Source: the human T2T-CHM13v2.0 reference genome, Homo sapiens
Strand: one strand, 5' to 3'
DNA: 64,000 nt
NCBI RefSeq assembly: GCF_009914755.1
Contig: NC_060925.1
This document shows, one piece after another, positions 39,126 to 54,260 of this stretch (positions are counted from its first letter, which is position 1; every line of letters starts with the position of its first letter). Under the pieces are notes generated by a model. The model did no database searches. It saw only the letters and a program-made list of their open reading frames with translations, and was not told the DNA's origin. A program made the position numbers and the translations under genes.

Positions 39126-39697
39126 AGACGGTAATGAAAGGAAAGCTAATAACATTTTTTAACAGGAAAAGAAGATCCCCTCTGTTTAGCTTTATTTACA
39201 TGGCTAGATTTTCTTTAGCCAAGCGTTTGAGTGTTGCCCCAGAAGTTTCCACCAGCTAAGGTACCATGAGTGTCGAGGTCTTCACCACTGATTCCCCAGC
39301 ACACTTATCTCTGGGCTCTGGGCACCCAGGAGATGTGGTCAGTGAAGCTTCTGGGGAAGATTCTTAGCCTCAGGATTGGATGCGGATGGTGCCGGTGGCA
39401 GGTGGTATGGTCCAGGCATGGAGTAGGGAGCAGCTGGAACTGGATCTGAGTTGGGATATCCTCATACTTCTATTCCAAAAGGTCTTAAACAACCCCAGAG
39501 AATATTTTGGATATGTGCCAATAAACGTATCACCAGAACAGCCAGTATTAATAATTATTGCAAAGCTTCCTCTGTATCCATAATTTGTTTTTCAATGACC
39601 ACCTCTGTGATAATAGGCATAAAATTATTTAATAGCAGGTTTGAAGAGCTACTAACCAACATCTGATTAAACCACTTCTTTTGACAGGCAGAAATAA

Positions 39698-40146
<449 letters not shown>

Positions 40147-40324
40147 CTAGAGCAGTTAAATAACTTACTGAAAGAGAAATAGCTCATAAGTAGTTAAGCT
40201 GTTTCTCTGCTTCTCCCACTTTCTCTCGAAGGACGAAGAGACCATGAAATTAAAGGGCTTAGAGTAAGTGGGGACTTGAAAGCAGGCCACACTAACACAA
40301 ACACCACCACCACCACCACCACAA

Positions 40325-40572
40325 CAAAAGGTGAAATTAATTTTAATCATATATTTAGTTTACTTGACCCTTACTTCCAAAATATCTTTTTGTGTGCCAT
40401 CCTTATAAAAGTTATCCGTAAGATGTTTTACATTTTACATTCTTTTTTCATGCCCGCTCTTCAAGATCCATGGTATATTTGGTCACTTCCAACACATTTC
40501 GATTTGGCCTAGTCACATTTCAGGTGCTGAATAGTCACATGTGGCCAATGGAGACCGCACTGAGCAATGCGT
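40325..40572. mobile_element. Charlie1/MER33-like hAT fragment
   Basis: ggtgaaattaattttaatcatatattt...ctagtcacatttcaggtgctgaatagtcacatgtggc. Confidence 0.75.
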
Positions 40573-42060
40573 TTAACTAGTAACCTATCTACAGTAACAC
40601 TACTGAGTTTAACAAGTCATGGAAGTCGAGTGAGAAAATATATGTAATAAGTACACAGTCCTGTGTTTGGCACCTGGTAGGCCCTTTGTAACTCTCTCTC
40701 TTTTTGATTCCTTCCCTTAAATCACAAAATATTGAAGATATCTACTTGGAAATCTGGTCTTTCAATGATCCACATTAAATTCAGGAAAGTTACCATGTAG
40801 CATTTATCAACTTATTTCCATTTTGCTTTGTTATGCATTACATAGTTATGGGGCAGCATATTTCTTATCTAATTATGCTGTGTAGATTTTAATTCTGAAG
40901 TAAATTTTCCTTTTCTGACTTACGAGCAAAGAAGGCCCTAAAGCAACCTGGATGGCAGGGTGAATTCAACCTGAGGAAATAGATAGGCTTAATCATTGAC
41001 ATCGAGAGCCAATGGCCCATCTACCAGTGAGGATGGGGCAGATAAACACTCAGTTCTATGTGCACCAGGGGGAGAGCTAATTGGTTGTAGGATATTATTG
41101 GCAGAACAATTGGAAAGAAGCAGATGATTTCTTAGGGAGGCAGATCTGTTTCCAAAGTGGAAGATACAGGGAATAGGTAAATATCGCCCCCTTTATTGCA
41201 TGGTCAGCTTTTTAAAATTATAGCATAATATCAATATGGGAGCTGGCTTAGATTAGAAACTGAGCTTGAACATGCTTCCTTTGATCTTTCTACTTCAACT
41301 TCCCTGTGCAGTACCGCACACTACCCTTCATTCCCACTTTCCTCTTTCATCTCCCTCCTTTGGAACCACCTCCAGTTCATTTGCCAGCCGATTTCATGAT
41401 GGAGCAGAAGTGCCAATCAATCATTTGGCCATCAGTAGGACAGCATTCCCAATCTGCATTAGCCTGCTGGGCTGACTTCCAGAACATCATCTACTATACA
41501 TGAATTATTACAGAAACATTATTGCTGTCAGCATATTCCACTCTATACAACTACCTATTATTATTTTTTTGGCGGACAACACTGAAATTTTAAACAGTTC
41601 AATCTTGCTTAAGTAATGTGAATTTGGTGGCTCCAGAAACAACTTTTTGCCTCATCAGTGAGAATCTGCCTGCAGCAGTGGTTGGGCTTAGATGCAGGGG
41701 AAGGGATGGGGGTCTAGTGCAAATGGAGACTTGAGACAGCTTGGATTTACTTTCCCCTCTCTGATTTCACCCACTTCCCAGTGTCATTTCTCGTCTCCTT
41801 TACTGTGGATGGTAAGGTGAGGTTTCTGGGCTCCTGATGTTTGGGTAACAGAGTCGAGGGAGCTGGGGATAAATCCGCTGGACACCAGCAGGGTCAAGGA
41901 GCACTGCTTAGGACTTCTCTCACCAAAGAACCTATGTGCTGAAGAGCCCTGGGTATAGCTCAGCTGTCTCTGCAACTCATGCTGTGATGGGGATCATAGA
42001 TCTAGCTTGAAAACTCATGAACAGAATTAGATGATTTTTGTCTCTTTAAAAACTCGTCAC

Positions 42061-42389
42061 GGCCGGGTACAGTGGCTCACGCCTGTAATCCTAGCACTTT
42101 GGGAGGCCGAGGCGGGCGGATCACGAGGTCAGGAGTTCAAGACCAGCCTGGCCAAGATGGTGAAACCCTGTCTCTACTAAAAATACAAAAAAATTAGCTC
42201 GGCGAGGTGGCGGGCGCCTGTAATCCCAGCTACTTGGGAGGCTGAGGCAGAGAATTGCTTGAACCCAGGAGGCAGAGATTGCAGTGAGCCAAGATTGCGC
42301 CACTGCACTCCAGCCTGGCGACAGAGCGAGACTCCGTCTCGAAATAAATAAATAAATAAAAGCAAGAAAAGAAAAGAAATAAAAGAAAA
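42061..42389 (+). mobile_element. AluSg-like
   Basis: gatcacgaggtcaggagttcaagaccagcctggccaagatgg; (AAAT)n tail; TSD-like aaaaactc(t)gtcac. Confidence 0.96.
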
Positions 42390-44026
42390 ACTCTGTCACA
42401 AAATGGGTCATTTATCATTCTGGAGTGTGTGTGTGTATGTTGGGGAGCCCAGGGTCAGAGTGGAAATTCAGGTGCTGATACCTGGTGGGAGAAGGTTGTT
42501 AAATCAGATGAATCAGACACAGTCAGGTGATTCCTGACAAAAGACGGCAAGGGGAAAGCCCAGGGCCACAGCCAGTCAAGTGGAAAAGAACTAAGATACA
42601 AAAAATACAAAGAAGAAGGTAATTTCAAATCCCAGAAACCAGTCAATGTACTAAAGTTCAGAGATAAATAGAACCAGGAAGGTGAAGCAGAGACACAGAT
42701 GCGTGGCAGTAGCAATAAGGACTCCAGTTGCTGACGCAGTCCTTGGCCTTAATACCTGGGCTCTTTATTTTCTTCCTGTGTGGGCGTGAGCCACGGTAAG
42801 GCTGGTCTAGGACAAGCAGGAAGATGCAATGAGAATAAACCGCCCAAGGCAAACTGAGGAGGTGGAAAGAGAAATGATCCTCGCTGCTGGTGTTTGCTCC
42901 CATCTGCATTCTGCTGCTTCCACCCAGAGGACGGTGGGGTTGAACATCAGACAAAACTCTGGAAACCACAGCCCTTCCCTTTATTTTTCTTCAGAAATCC
43001 CACATATTTAGTGTTTTACCATGAAGATGCTTAGGCAACCATTTGGGTTGCAGAAACATTTTCTGGAGCATCAGGGATTTCATGGTGCAAACTTGATCTA
43101 GGAGTCTCTGTCCCTTTTGCTACTTTTCCCTTCCTCAGACAGGTTCGTCTAGTGAAGGGTCCCACTCCAGTTCCTGAGCCAAATTCAGGACAGGTAGGTA
43201 GGACCTACACCAGTAGTTTTTGTCCTGCATTGAGTGGAGAGTAGAAGCAATCCACTTTATGCAACCTTGGATCAAGAAGTTCAGGTATGCAAAGACTCCT
43301 GTTTTCCGTGTATTATATTTTACTCCTTGGTGGACCTCGAATCCCATGACCTAGGAGTAATCTCTACGGATTCAGTAAGCCACCAATTCATGGAGCTTCT
43401 TATTTCTTGCAGTACAGACTCGGTTCACAGGGCAGTCTTCTGTCTCTGGTCCCAGGGGCTTCCCTGAAAGCAGCCTCACTCTTACCTGGCACCTCCGGGA
43501 TTACATCAGGGAGAAGGCGTTCTTAATCTTGAACTAAACTTTCTTCTGGCAGTTTTCACTGGGGCTGTGGGGCAAGGAGGTTGGAGGTGGAGCCTGTCCT
43601 CTAGACTGGTCTCCAGTTTAACCTTCAAGTCTAAGGCAAATTGCTGCTCATTGCCTTTGATAATTGTTCAGATTTCAATCACAGATATTAATGTTTTCTA
43701 TTCAAATGCATAATAATGCTTGGCCAGTTTATCTGGTTACTGCCTTGGTAATCCTAGAGTCTTTATCGCTTCTGTGGAAAATAGATCTTGTGGTAAAACT
43801 TATTGCAAATGCTTTCCTGTGTGTATATGGAAGGGGCAATCCCAGCAAAGCACGACTGAGGTAAAAATGAACTGAGACAGGGTAGGAAGAAAATCAAATA
43901 CAAGGTAGTGCATTGTCAAGCTAGCCACGGTGTCAACAGAAAACACAGCTTGGGCAGGATCAACCAGCCCAGATCCTACAAACTAAGGGTTTGTGTGTAT
44001 TAACATACATGTTAAAAGAATAAAAA

Positions 44027-44350
<324 letters not shown>

Positions 44351-45784
44351 TCACTATTAAGCAAGCATCATTCCCTATCCTTTATGGAGACTGACTCATT
44401 TGGTCTCTATAATAGTACTATTAGTAGCCCTGTTTCATGGCAGAGAAAACAGATGTACAGAGATGCTTGAAAGTGGCTGTGATAGTATTTAAATCCAAGG
44501 GGCTTTGTTTCAGAGCATACATACCCCAACCCTCCATCATATTGGCTTTCAGTATAATGAAGTGTTTTGCATATTAAATATTCCTCAGGTATTTATCAAA
44601 GGTCTCTGGAGCCATGGTGAGGGGATGCAGGACCCCTATAAAATCTACTGTGCATTTACGTCACAGTTTTTTCAAATTAAAATGCTTAGGAATTAAGTCC
44701 CATCAAGAGGGTATGTCTAAATTTTGGTTAGGTATATACAGGTTGAAATGTTGTAATGTGATAGAGGCAGGTCTTCCTAACCCTTTGGGTTAAATTCTAT
44801 AGCCTCTCTGTTAATCTTCTCTTTGACAGCAGCCTTTTGGTAGTGCTGTTTATGTGTGTGTATGTGTATCACACACATACATAAATGTGTGTGTGATAGG
44901 ACTATAGATGTGTGAGGTTCTTCAACCCACAAAAGTCAGCTGTACGTTGTGCCAGGTCTGAAGTTATAGCAGGAAAAGTCGGTGGGCCTGTCACTAGAAA
45001 CCAGGTCTCATGTATGAATACTTTAGAAGATCAGAAGAGACCTTGTCAGTCTGGGTCAGATCTGAGGTTTAATGAACTTAATAATGATCCTCTCAGAGCA
45101 CCCCAAAATATGCTGCTGAAGGTCTCAGACATGAGGTGAGGGAAGTCCTGAGACATCCCTTATTAAATCTGAAGGATCTTTCAGCCACAGGTTGATTAAG
45201 TATGAGCCTGGGATTACGTTAAAGTAAAAATTGCCAAAAACTAGACAATTACATTGCATTTTTGGTGCTATATGTTTATTTTCACTTTCTCTATGTCAGA
45301 AAATGAGGAACGGTCTGCTTTGTCTTCTTTCTCAAGGCTTTCTAGCTTTCTTCTGTTTTGCTTATTGCAGTCCTGGTTGGATAAACAGATATGCCCTGGA
45401 ATGTCTCAGGAAACATAAATAGGGTGTGTTGGATTTGACAGAATATCACAAGCTATTTCTGTTCACATTGGGTTTTATTATTCTTCTTAAAAATATACAT
45501 ATATGTTAATATATACAAACCCCTCAAACCTTACTTTCTTGTGAAGTTATTTGACAATGTTCCTAATATTTAATAAATATTATCTAGGTCCAGTGATGTT
45601 CTCTAGTAACATATTAAAAAGAAAGTCTTAAAAGGCATTAGTAATACATTCTTGACAGATGATGTTGAAACAAGCTGTTCCTAGAGAAGATTCATTATAA
45701 CATAGATTTAATATTAAAACAATGGACTTTATTCTCATCAACTGGATGCAACAGAAAGAGAAACAACTTATGAAACAACTTATG

Positions 45785-45787
<3 letters not shown>

Positions 45788-45816
<29 letters not shown>
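45788..45816. repeat. (GT)n microsatellite
   Basis: Directly visible. Confidence 0.95.
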
Positions 45817-45819
<3 letters not shown>

Positions 45820-46445
45820 GCTTGTGCCCAGAAGATAAATGAAAATCTTACAGCTGTATAGATCCTCCAAAAAGGGGTGATGGTGGGGGTGGTGGAATCG
45901 GACCTCGTAGGTAAAGCCAGCTACCTGTCTGGTCACACTTAGCAACTAACCTCTTATGTCATTAAAACTTAGAACTAGAATAGATTCCTTGATTTTATAG
46001 ATGAGAACAGTGAGGCTAGGGAAAGGAATCGCTAGTTGGAGATACAGCCAGGATTCTACCTTTATCCTAGGTCTTCCAGTAGCCAGTCGGGCCCAGATCA
46101 TAAATCCTTAAAGTGTTCAGAAGAATGCTTGGAGGCTTAGGCTCTGCTTCTCTCTTTGGCTAAGGAATAAGTTTTAAAAATGCGTATTTATCAATTATTT
46201 GGACTCTGAATTTAATGCATTATTATATGTTCTTGGGCAATCTTTATACTATCCTCGGAATTCATAAGGAAGACTAATAAGCAAATGCTGTCCTCAGTTT
46301 CACAAAGGGGGAATTATAAAAACTATAGATTTGTGATCTTGATATACACTCTTGGAAAAATGCTGGAGTATGTTATTAAGAAGCTGGTCGATGAACACGT
46401 AAGAAAAGAAAGAGGTGATCACTAGAAGCATCCATGATTTTCTAA

Positions 46446-46809
<364 letters not shown>

Positions 46810-47400
46810 ACCTCAGTTCCTTTTTTGACATCTTTACTAGACTGGCAGAAGGAGGGTGGTGATGGTAGGGCAGGTAGTGTAGACATAGAGAATGGCAATA
46901 GTGTAAGTCCTATGAAAACATTTCCCCAATAGCCTCCAGAATGACCTAGAAAATACAGGCTGTGTATATGTATTTGCAGCTATTAGGACAATGCCATTCA
47001 AAGACAGTCGATCTCTGGAATGTTATCAACAAAGAGGAAATTGTTTAGTATCAACTTATAGGTTTTTGTTTTTCCTATCCCTGTCGTGTTCCAAGTATTT
47101 ATCAATGACTTGAATGAAACATTGACCATCTGCTTATCGAATTTGTGATGACACAAAGCAGAGGTCAGCTAATGTGACAAATGATATAAACAAGTTTTAA
47201 AAGAGCTTGCTATCTGGAAAGATGGATTGAAACTAACAAGATAAATTTAACAAGGATAAACGCAGAATCTTGGTTTTAGGTTTGAAAGAAAGCTTGATTT
47301 CACAAAAAGAGGATGAGAAAGAATTGGTCTGAGGGTAGTTCACTTCATAAATATCTGAGTGGATTTAGCTGACCATAGACTCTACCAGGCCAACATGGTA

Positions 47401-47449
47401 TTAGGTTGGTGCAAAAGTAATTGCGGTTTTTGCCATTCCTTTTAATGGA
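47401..47449. mobile_element. MADE1 (Hsmar1 MITE), about half
   Basis: ttaggttggtgcaaaagtaattgcggtttttgccatt is the Hsmar1/MADE1 TIR after a TA; most of the right arm is missing. Confidence 0.93.
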
Positions 47450-49774
47450 TAAAAATGTTAATTTTAATACATATACATTTTAATTTAATAGATAACAATG
47501 TTATATACTCTATCTATCTATCTATCCATCCATATCTATTAAGAGGATCTTATCTTCAGAGCAATCTGTCCTCTGCTGGAGAGGAGATCATCAGAGCACT
47601 GTAGTCAGTTCTGGGTTCCATGTTTACAAGAAATATTAACAAATAGAAGAACAAAGACCACTCTGAAAAGTGTTTGGACATCTTGTCAACTGAAGATTGA
47701 TTGAGAAAGTCGACAGTGCATTTAGAAAAAGAACAGTTGGGGAAGTAATAACAACTGTCCTAGACATTTGAAAGCATCTCAAGGAGAAGATGAATGGGAT
47801 AATTCCACTGTGTTCTAGAGGGCAGAACTTATGAATGGTGTGACAGGGAAGCAGATACTGACTCAATGTAAAGAATATTATTTTTTCAATAGTTAGAGGT
47901 ATCTATATGTGGATAAGACAACTTTTGAGTTAGCCGGCTCCTGATCACTCGTGGGCTTCAAAGCAGAGGTTAGGTGACCACCTGAGAATCAAGATGCTGG
48001 TAAGAAGATTCTAGCACAGAATGGGTGGATAGACCAGAAGATCTCCATACTTGCTTCCAACTCAGAGATTCTGAACCCATTCCCTGGGTTAAGCTTTCCT
48101 AACCACCAAATGGTGCTTGGCCTTGACTCCCATAGCCACTGTTCACATTGTCCCCTGGCTTCCTCACTCCCTGTAACTCTGTAGAAGCAGATGGGGAAAG
48201 GAAAATAAACTGCTCTAGGGAGGATTGGGGTTGTCTGAAAGTTCTATGTGTTCCAGATCTCAGCCCTGAGACCTCCAGAAAGCAACTGCCCCTCCAGACA
48301 GCCCAAATGCAGGAAAAGATTTCTGAACTTCAAATGAAAAGGAGAACCACCACTTCTTTGAAGTGCATGTATCAAAGCTTTAATAAGAGCTAATAAAATT
48401 GTTATGTTGGGTTCACATCTCCTGAGAGCATCAAGTCAAAGCCTCCCTGGGGAAAGAAACTGTTATATAACTATTCTTACAATTTTTATTTTTTTTTGAA
48501 ATGAATCTCTGATTAAAAGACCACAATAATTATTTCAGTTTAACGTAGAGTACTAATTCAATCGCAATTGATTTCTTCAGGTTTTATTTGCAACAAAGAA
48601 AGTGTCAAGTAGTCACTAAACACTGAACAAAAGATAGAGCCACCTAAGTGAGCAACCTGGCTGTAGGCAGATGGCTGTGTGTCCTTGTCTCCTGGGAGTC
48701 CTTCCTGTCCCAAAGCTTCTAACAATGGCAATAGTTAATTCTTTCATCAGTGAAGGGTTTAAATTTCCAGAATGATTTTACGTAGACAAGGACAAGCCGC
48801 TTCTAGGAGCCTGCAGGTGCACTGACCACTAGTCTTTGGAACCAAGGGCTGCCCATGGATGTGGAGGAGCAAAGGGTGAGGTACGTCACCTGCATACTCA
48901 GAACCAGTGCTGACAAAATAAAATGGTACCCAGCACCCAGTCAACCAGTAGGAGTTTTGGCAAGGAGCAGAACCCAGGAAAACTGATAGGCTATGTGCCA
49001 GTTATCATCCTAGAAAGTGGGTATGATTATCCCTAATTCCCAGCTGAAGAATAAAAACAAATTGCATCAAATGATTGCTCATGGCCACGCAAATATTAAA
49101 TGGCAGCGCTGGGACTTGAACTCCAGGCAGTGTGATTGGTTCTCACTACACCTCATAGCCCCTAATGGAGTATAATTTCAGTCCATGAAGGGGTGGCCAA
49201 TGAGATTCTTTCCAGCTTGGAGCATATGCACTCACCTGTGAAGATGCCTCAGACACCAAGCTGACATCTGCCATTTCTGATTCCCCAAGGAGAGGAGGAA
49301 GGGGTGTGCAGCCAGGAAAGAGAGGGGTTAAAGGCAGCAGAGCGCTAGGGAGGGCAAGTGCTCTCAATGACAGGAGAATGTACTCACACGCAGCCCAGAG
49401 CTCTGGAGCAGCCTCCGGCAGAAAAAGGGCAACATTGGGGGAACACATGGAAAGGAGGGACCAGCTTCTGAAAGCCATCTGGAGAGTTGGAGGCAGGGAG
49501 GACTCCTTCCTGGTCTGAACCATTCAACCAAACTCTTAGAGGCACGGAAACTCCTTCCTATGACTTGCCAGGGTTCTTTGCCAGCAACGTTTCTGAGTCG
49601 AGGAAAGGGGCAGAAAGGGGAAGAGGGAAAATATGGGGAAGATGGAGCTGAATGGGATGCTTGTGAGAAAGCAAGGGGGAAGACACAATAGATTCTGCTC
49701 TTCCCTTAAAGGAAAGAAGCCATTCTTGGTTTTATTTTTGATGCATGGGGAAATTTTGAGCTTATCTTACTTAC

Positions 49775-49860
49775 CTGATGTCTGTGCCTAAGAATTTAAA
49801 TATTTGTGTCCTTTGGATAAAGCATAAATGCAGGTTCTGCTCCTGTGCAGCGAGGGACAT
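49775..49860 (-). other. Candidate non-coding exon (86 nt)
   Basis: Acceptor ccttttctcccccaccctgattag and perfect donor CAG|GTAAGT. Confidence 0.25.
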
Positions 49861-49994
49861 CTAATCAGGGTGGGGGAGAAAAGGATTTCAGTGAGAAAAT
49901 CCCAGGGAGCTTGAATCCTCATTAGCTCATCTCTTTGTCCTTGGCCAGAATAGTAGTTATTATCCCAGTTGGAGGAGGATCTAGTGTCTGGGAT

Positions 49995-50144
49995 TTCAGC
50001 AAGTTCACGAATCACCTGGGGATCTTGCTGATGTGGAGTTTCTGATTTGGGAGGCCTGGGGATGGGGGATAAGATCCTGCTTTTTCTGCCCTTTCCCAGT
50101 GATGCAGCTGCTGCTGTTTCTGGACCACATTTTAAGTAACAAGG
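49995..50144 (-). mobile_element. MER5A-like
   Basis: gaatcacctggggatcttg...gtgatgcagctgctgctg...ggaccacattttaagtaacaagg. Confidence 0.8.
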
Positions 50145-51554
50145 GGTCAATCAGTTCTGCAGAAAGGGAGCCTGCACTCCAAGGTCTCACTGTATTCACA
50201 GTCAGGAAGTTTATCTATTTGACGGAAATGCAGCATGGACAACTAGCTCTTATCACTCTGCTTACACCAAAGGTGCAAAATAGCTGGCGAACCTTCTCTT
50301 CATGTTGATCCTTTGATTCTTTCCAATTTCGTGGTGGAAGCAGGAGACAATACAATTCTTGGCAGGCTAGGAAGGGTTGGTTCCTGAGCTGCCCCTGTAA
50401 GCGTGGCTGGACACCACTCTAAATGACTGATTGGAAGGACAAATGTGGATGGAAATAATGATGATGGAGAGAGTTGGGAAAAGTCTACAAGTTGGTTTGG
50501 GGTTTTGCAAACATATGCTTCTTTTGTGTTCCATATTCTTTTCCTAAGGCTGATTCCTGTGTTGCTGTTGGGGGAATATGAACAACTGTGCACATCTGTC
50601 TCCTGGGCTATTCTTTGTGCTTAGCTGCCTTCCAGTCAGAATTGGGTTCTTTTCAGGCAGAACCCTTGGTAGGAGCATGTGGTGTGTACTTCTGTATGGG
50701 GAACCCCCAACTGGCTTCAGTGCTTTTAGATGGGTTGAATTAAGGGTCCATCTGCCCAGGTGGAAACATTCTGTGCTAATTTGGAGCAGAGGTTGAACCT
50801 GCATCGCAGTTCCTGCTTTCCAAGCCTTCTGGGAGGAATGTAGCAGGGACCTCTTCCCTTTGATTCTGCCCCTCACCCTCAAATCTCTGGTCATGATAAT
50901 TTTTTCTCCAGCCCCACAAAACTATATATCTTCTCTCACAGGTCTCAGTTAGAACCTAGCTGGCCCTTTTCAGCACTAGGGCTTATGTGTCCTGTGAACA
51001 TGACAGATTCTGCCAAGAAGAAATGACTTCTGTTTTCCTGAAACGGAAAGGTTCCTTAGATGACACTTCTCCATAAGGGCAGATCATGTAAACCCAGGCA
51101 GATTGCAGGGTATTAATGTGCTGGTTAGTCACCAAGCAATGGCCCCTTCTCCTATGGGTGCTCCCACCAGCCTTCTTTGACACTTACAGGGTAGGAAGCT
51201 ACTCTGCACTTAGCAACTCATCCTTGATGCCTCAAACATCTAAACCTCAATCCTAGGAAACAGCTGGAATGAGAAGGACTTGACTAATGAGCACTTAGAC
51301 AAGGATTCTAGACCAGACTTAGCTAGTCGTGAGGTTTTAGGTAAGTTACTTAACTCTGTATGACTCAGTTTCATTTCCTTGAGTGTGAGGGTTTTTGACT
51401 CATTCATTCATGTATGCATTCATGCAATATATACTAATTCAATGTATATTTTACATTCACCATAGAAGTGCTCTATGGGGCTCTGTAGAAAATAGAAAGG
51501 GAAAAAACACAATACTTTAAAGCATCCACTCTAAAAAGAATACCTTCCTACTGA

Positions 51555-51708
51555 AACTATGCCAAGAACTGGCAGCATTGGCATCATTTGGAAGCTTGTT
51601 AGAAATGCAGAATCTTGGGTCCCACTTCAGACTATGCATCAGAAACTACATTTTAACAAGATCCCCTGGGTGATTTGTGCACCCATTAAAGTTTGAGAAG
51701 TACCAACT
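51555..51708 (+). mobile_element. MER5A
   Basis: gcagcattggcatcatttggaagcttgttagaaatgcagaatct...attttaacaagatcccctgggtgatt...aaagtttgagaag. Confidence 0.88.
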
Positions 51709-51902
51709 CCATGGGTAATATTGTGTTCTCTGCTTTAGCGTGTATTGTCTCGTACCACACATCCTTTTCTTTAAGGAGCTCATAATCAAGAAAGAGAGCA
51801 AGAGATTTTGACAAATCCCTACTCTACAATGTTCTGAATGTCTTAACAAAGATGGGAAGAGAATACTATGGAAATTTAGATGAGCCAATAATCGACCATG
51901 CC

Positions 51903-52625
51903 ATTCATTCATTCATTCAAGAAATACTTGAACACTTGCTATGGGCCAGGTACTCTCCTACATGTTGGAGAAATAGAAATAAACCCGGAGGAAACATCTT
52001 TATTTTTATGGAGCTTACATATGAGTAGGGAAAAACATAAAATAAACAACTTTAAAAATTTATAATTCCAGATAGTGATGCGTGCTGTGAAGGCAATGAA
52101 CAGAGCAATGTGGTGCCTAAGGAGGGGGGAGTAGGAATTACTTTTGGTGAGTTGGTGTAGAGAGGTCTCTTTGAGGAGCTGAGACCTAAGTGATGAGGAA
52201 ACAATAATAGGAAGACCTGATCTGTGGGGACTGGGAGAAGAGGATGATAAGGAAGGAGGACAGCAAATGTACATGTCGTGGATAAATCTGACCTCTTTTT
52301 GGTGTAGCAGGAATCAGATGTGTTTGGTAAGGGGTGAAGGTATAGGCTCAGCAGGGGCTGCTCAGGCCATGGTCAGTGTTAGATTGAACTTCACTCAGAG
52401 TAATCATAGTAATATATACAGATATAGATTGAAAACAATTAATTCTGGTTGCTGTGTGGAGACTAGATTGTAGAGGGTAAGGCTGTAAGAGGCAGACTAG
52501 GCAGAAGGCCTCTGCAGTCATGCAAGTGAGTGACGATGGTGACTTGGACTAAGACGGTGGGGGTGGCATGGCCAATGGATTGGGATACACAGTGTTTTGG
52601 GGGTAGGATCAAAGCACCTGGGGAA
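51903..52625 (-). mobile_element. L2a fragment
   Basis: attcattcattcattcaagaaatacttgaacac...gagctgagaccta...ctggttgctgtgtggaga...gatggtgacttggacta. Confidence 0.85.
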
Positions 52626-53889
52626 GATCTTTTAGAGGAGTCTATGATGTGATGAGATGGGCTTTGAAGAATGTGCAGGAAGTCACTAGACAGAGATTCA
52701 AAATTCCAGGTTTTGAAGACCAAAAGTGTGGAGTCATGTATTTTGGAAGCAGAAGTTAGTTCATGGTATTCTTCTGAAAGAACCAAGACAAAAGAAAATA
52801 ACCTAAAGTGCATATCTCTCATAGAAATGCAGTTCTTTTCATTTTCAATGGCAGCCCTAAAATGTGTGGTGACATTCCTGATTTCTATGCAACCTCTCCA
52901 AATCCCTTTACCAAGCTCTATATTACAAAGGTCTAATCATCTGGGAGAAAAGAAAGGCTGCTCTCCTTTTTTCCAGTAAATCAGACTTGGTCCTGGATCT
53001 GCTCAGCTTTGCCTACTCTTAGAGAATAAACTATTTTGGTCTTCTGAGCAGTACGTTTTCAGCACCAAATTCCAGATTGCCCCAGAAACCATTCAATCCA
53101 AGCAAGAAAATAAATGTGAATATCACTAACTCAGCAGCCTGGCACGGCAGACGACCCCATTACGTCAATCACCATCAGCAGATCACTGTAACTGGTGGGC
53201 TGTCATCCACCTGGAGATTAATTGCTGAGGACCTGTTGTATGTATTAATAGCTCATTTATTCAGATTGATCTTTCACCCATTGATCTTCAATCCCTGCAT
53301 ATGGCCAGGTAGCTATTGCTCTTGTGATCTGACTTCTGGAGCCAATCTTTCCTCTAAAAACCCCTTTGGGATTTCTTAGCAAGCGTAGCAGCCCGCATGT
53401 AGATGTTAAGTCCACAAACCACAGCTGCAGTCAATCTTGTCTCATCTCCAGAGAGTCAAGGTATGCTGCTGCTTCCTACCTTCCTACAATTTGATTGATA
53501 ATATCTCAAGTTCCAAATCTGTAATCAAAGCACTACTGTCAGGCTGCAATCTGAATACTTACTTGAATAGCTTCAGCACCTTGCCCCTTGGAAATTTGAG
53601 CTTCCTTCTTATCTTCCTGCCTTCCCTGTGCCAGCTGGCATCGTTGGACTGGATAGAGAACCTGAGGTCAGCTTAACCCTTTAAGTGTCTGCCCTTTAAG
53701 TAACAAGGTGTCAATCAGTTCTGCAGAAAGGGAGCCTGCACTCCAAGGTCTCACTGTATTCATAGTCAGGAAGTTTATCTATTTGACCAGCTAACCCTTA
53801 CTCGTCTGTTATGGGCTGAATTGTGTTTCCCTAAAATTCCACTCTAGTGGAGTTACTTCACTCTAGTAAGTGGCTAAGTCTTACTCCTC

Positions 53890-54260
53890 TGTTATGGCTG
53901 AATTGTGTTCTCCTAAAACTCACATGTTGAAACCCTACTCCCCAATACCTCCAAATGTGACCGTATTTGGATATAGGGACTTTAAAGGGGTAATTTTGGT
54001 GAAATGAGATAATAGGGGTAAACCCTAACCCAATATAATGGGTGTTCCCATAAGGAAAGGAGATTAGGGCACAGACATGTAAAGAGGGAAGACATTGAAC
54101 AAAGATGACCACCTTCAAGCTAAGGAGATATGCTTCACAAGAAACCAACCCCACAAACACCTTGATCTTGAACTTTTCACCTCCAGGACTGTGAGAGAAT
54201 AAGTTTGTTTAAGCCACTTAGTGTGTGACACTTAGTTATGGCAGCCTGATCGGACCAATC
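53890..54260 (+). mobile_element. MLT1B MaLR solo LTR
   Basis: tgttatggctgaattgtg...aatgtgaccgtatttgga...gaaaccaaccc...caccttgatcttg...ttatggcagcc. Confidence 0.9.

Noticed and set aside
41060-41080. CTCF-like motif (gcaccagggggagag; also ccaccaggggtgctg near 7466)
   Set aside because: Partial matches expected by chance; not supportable without ChIP data.
47401-47449. Possible miR-548 family hairpin
   Set aside because: Most of the MADE1 right arm is deleted, so the hairpin cannot form.
53058-53070. REST/RE1 site (ttcagcacc; also at 53572)
   Set aside because: Left half only; no GGACAG right half at canonical spacing.
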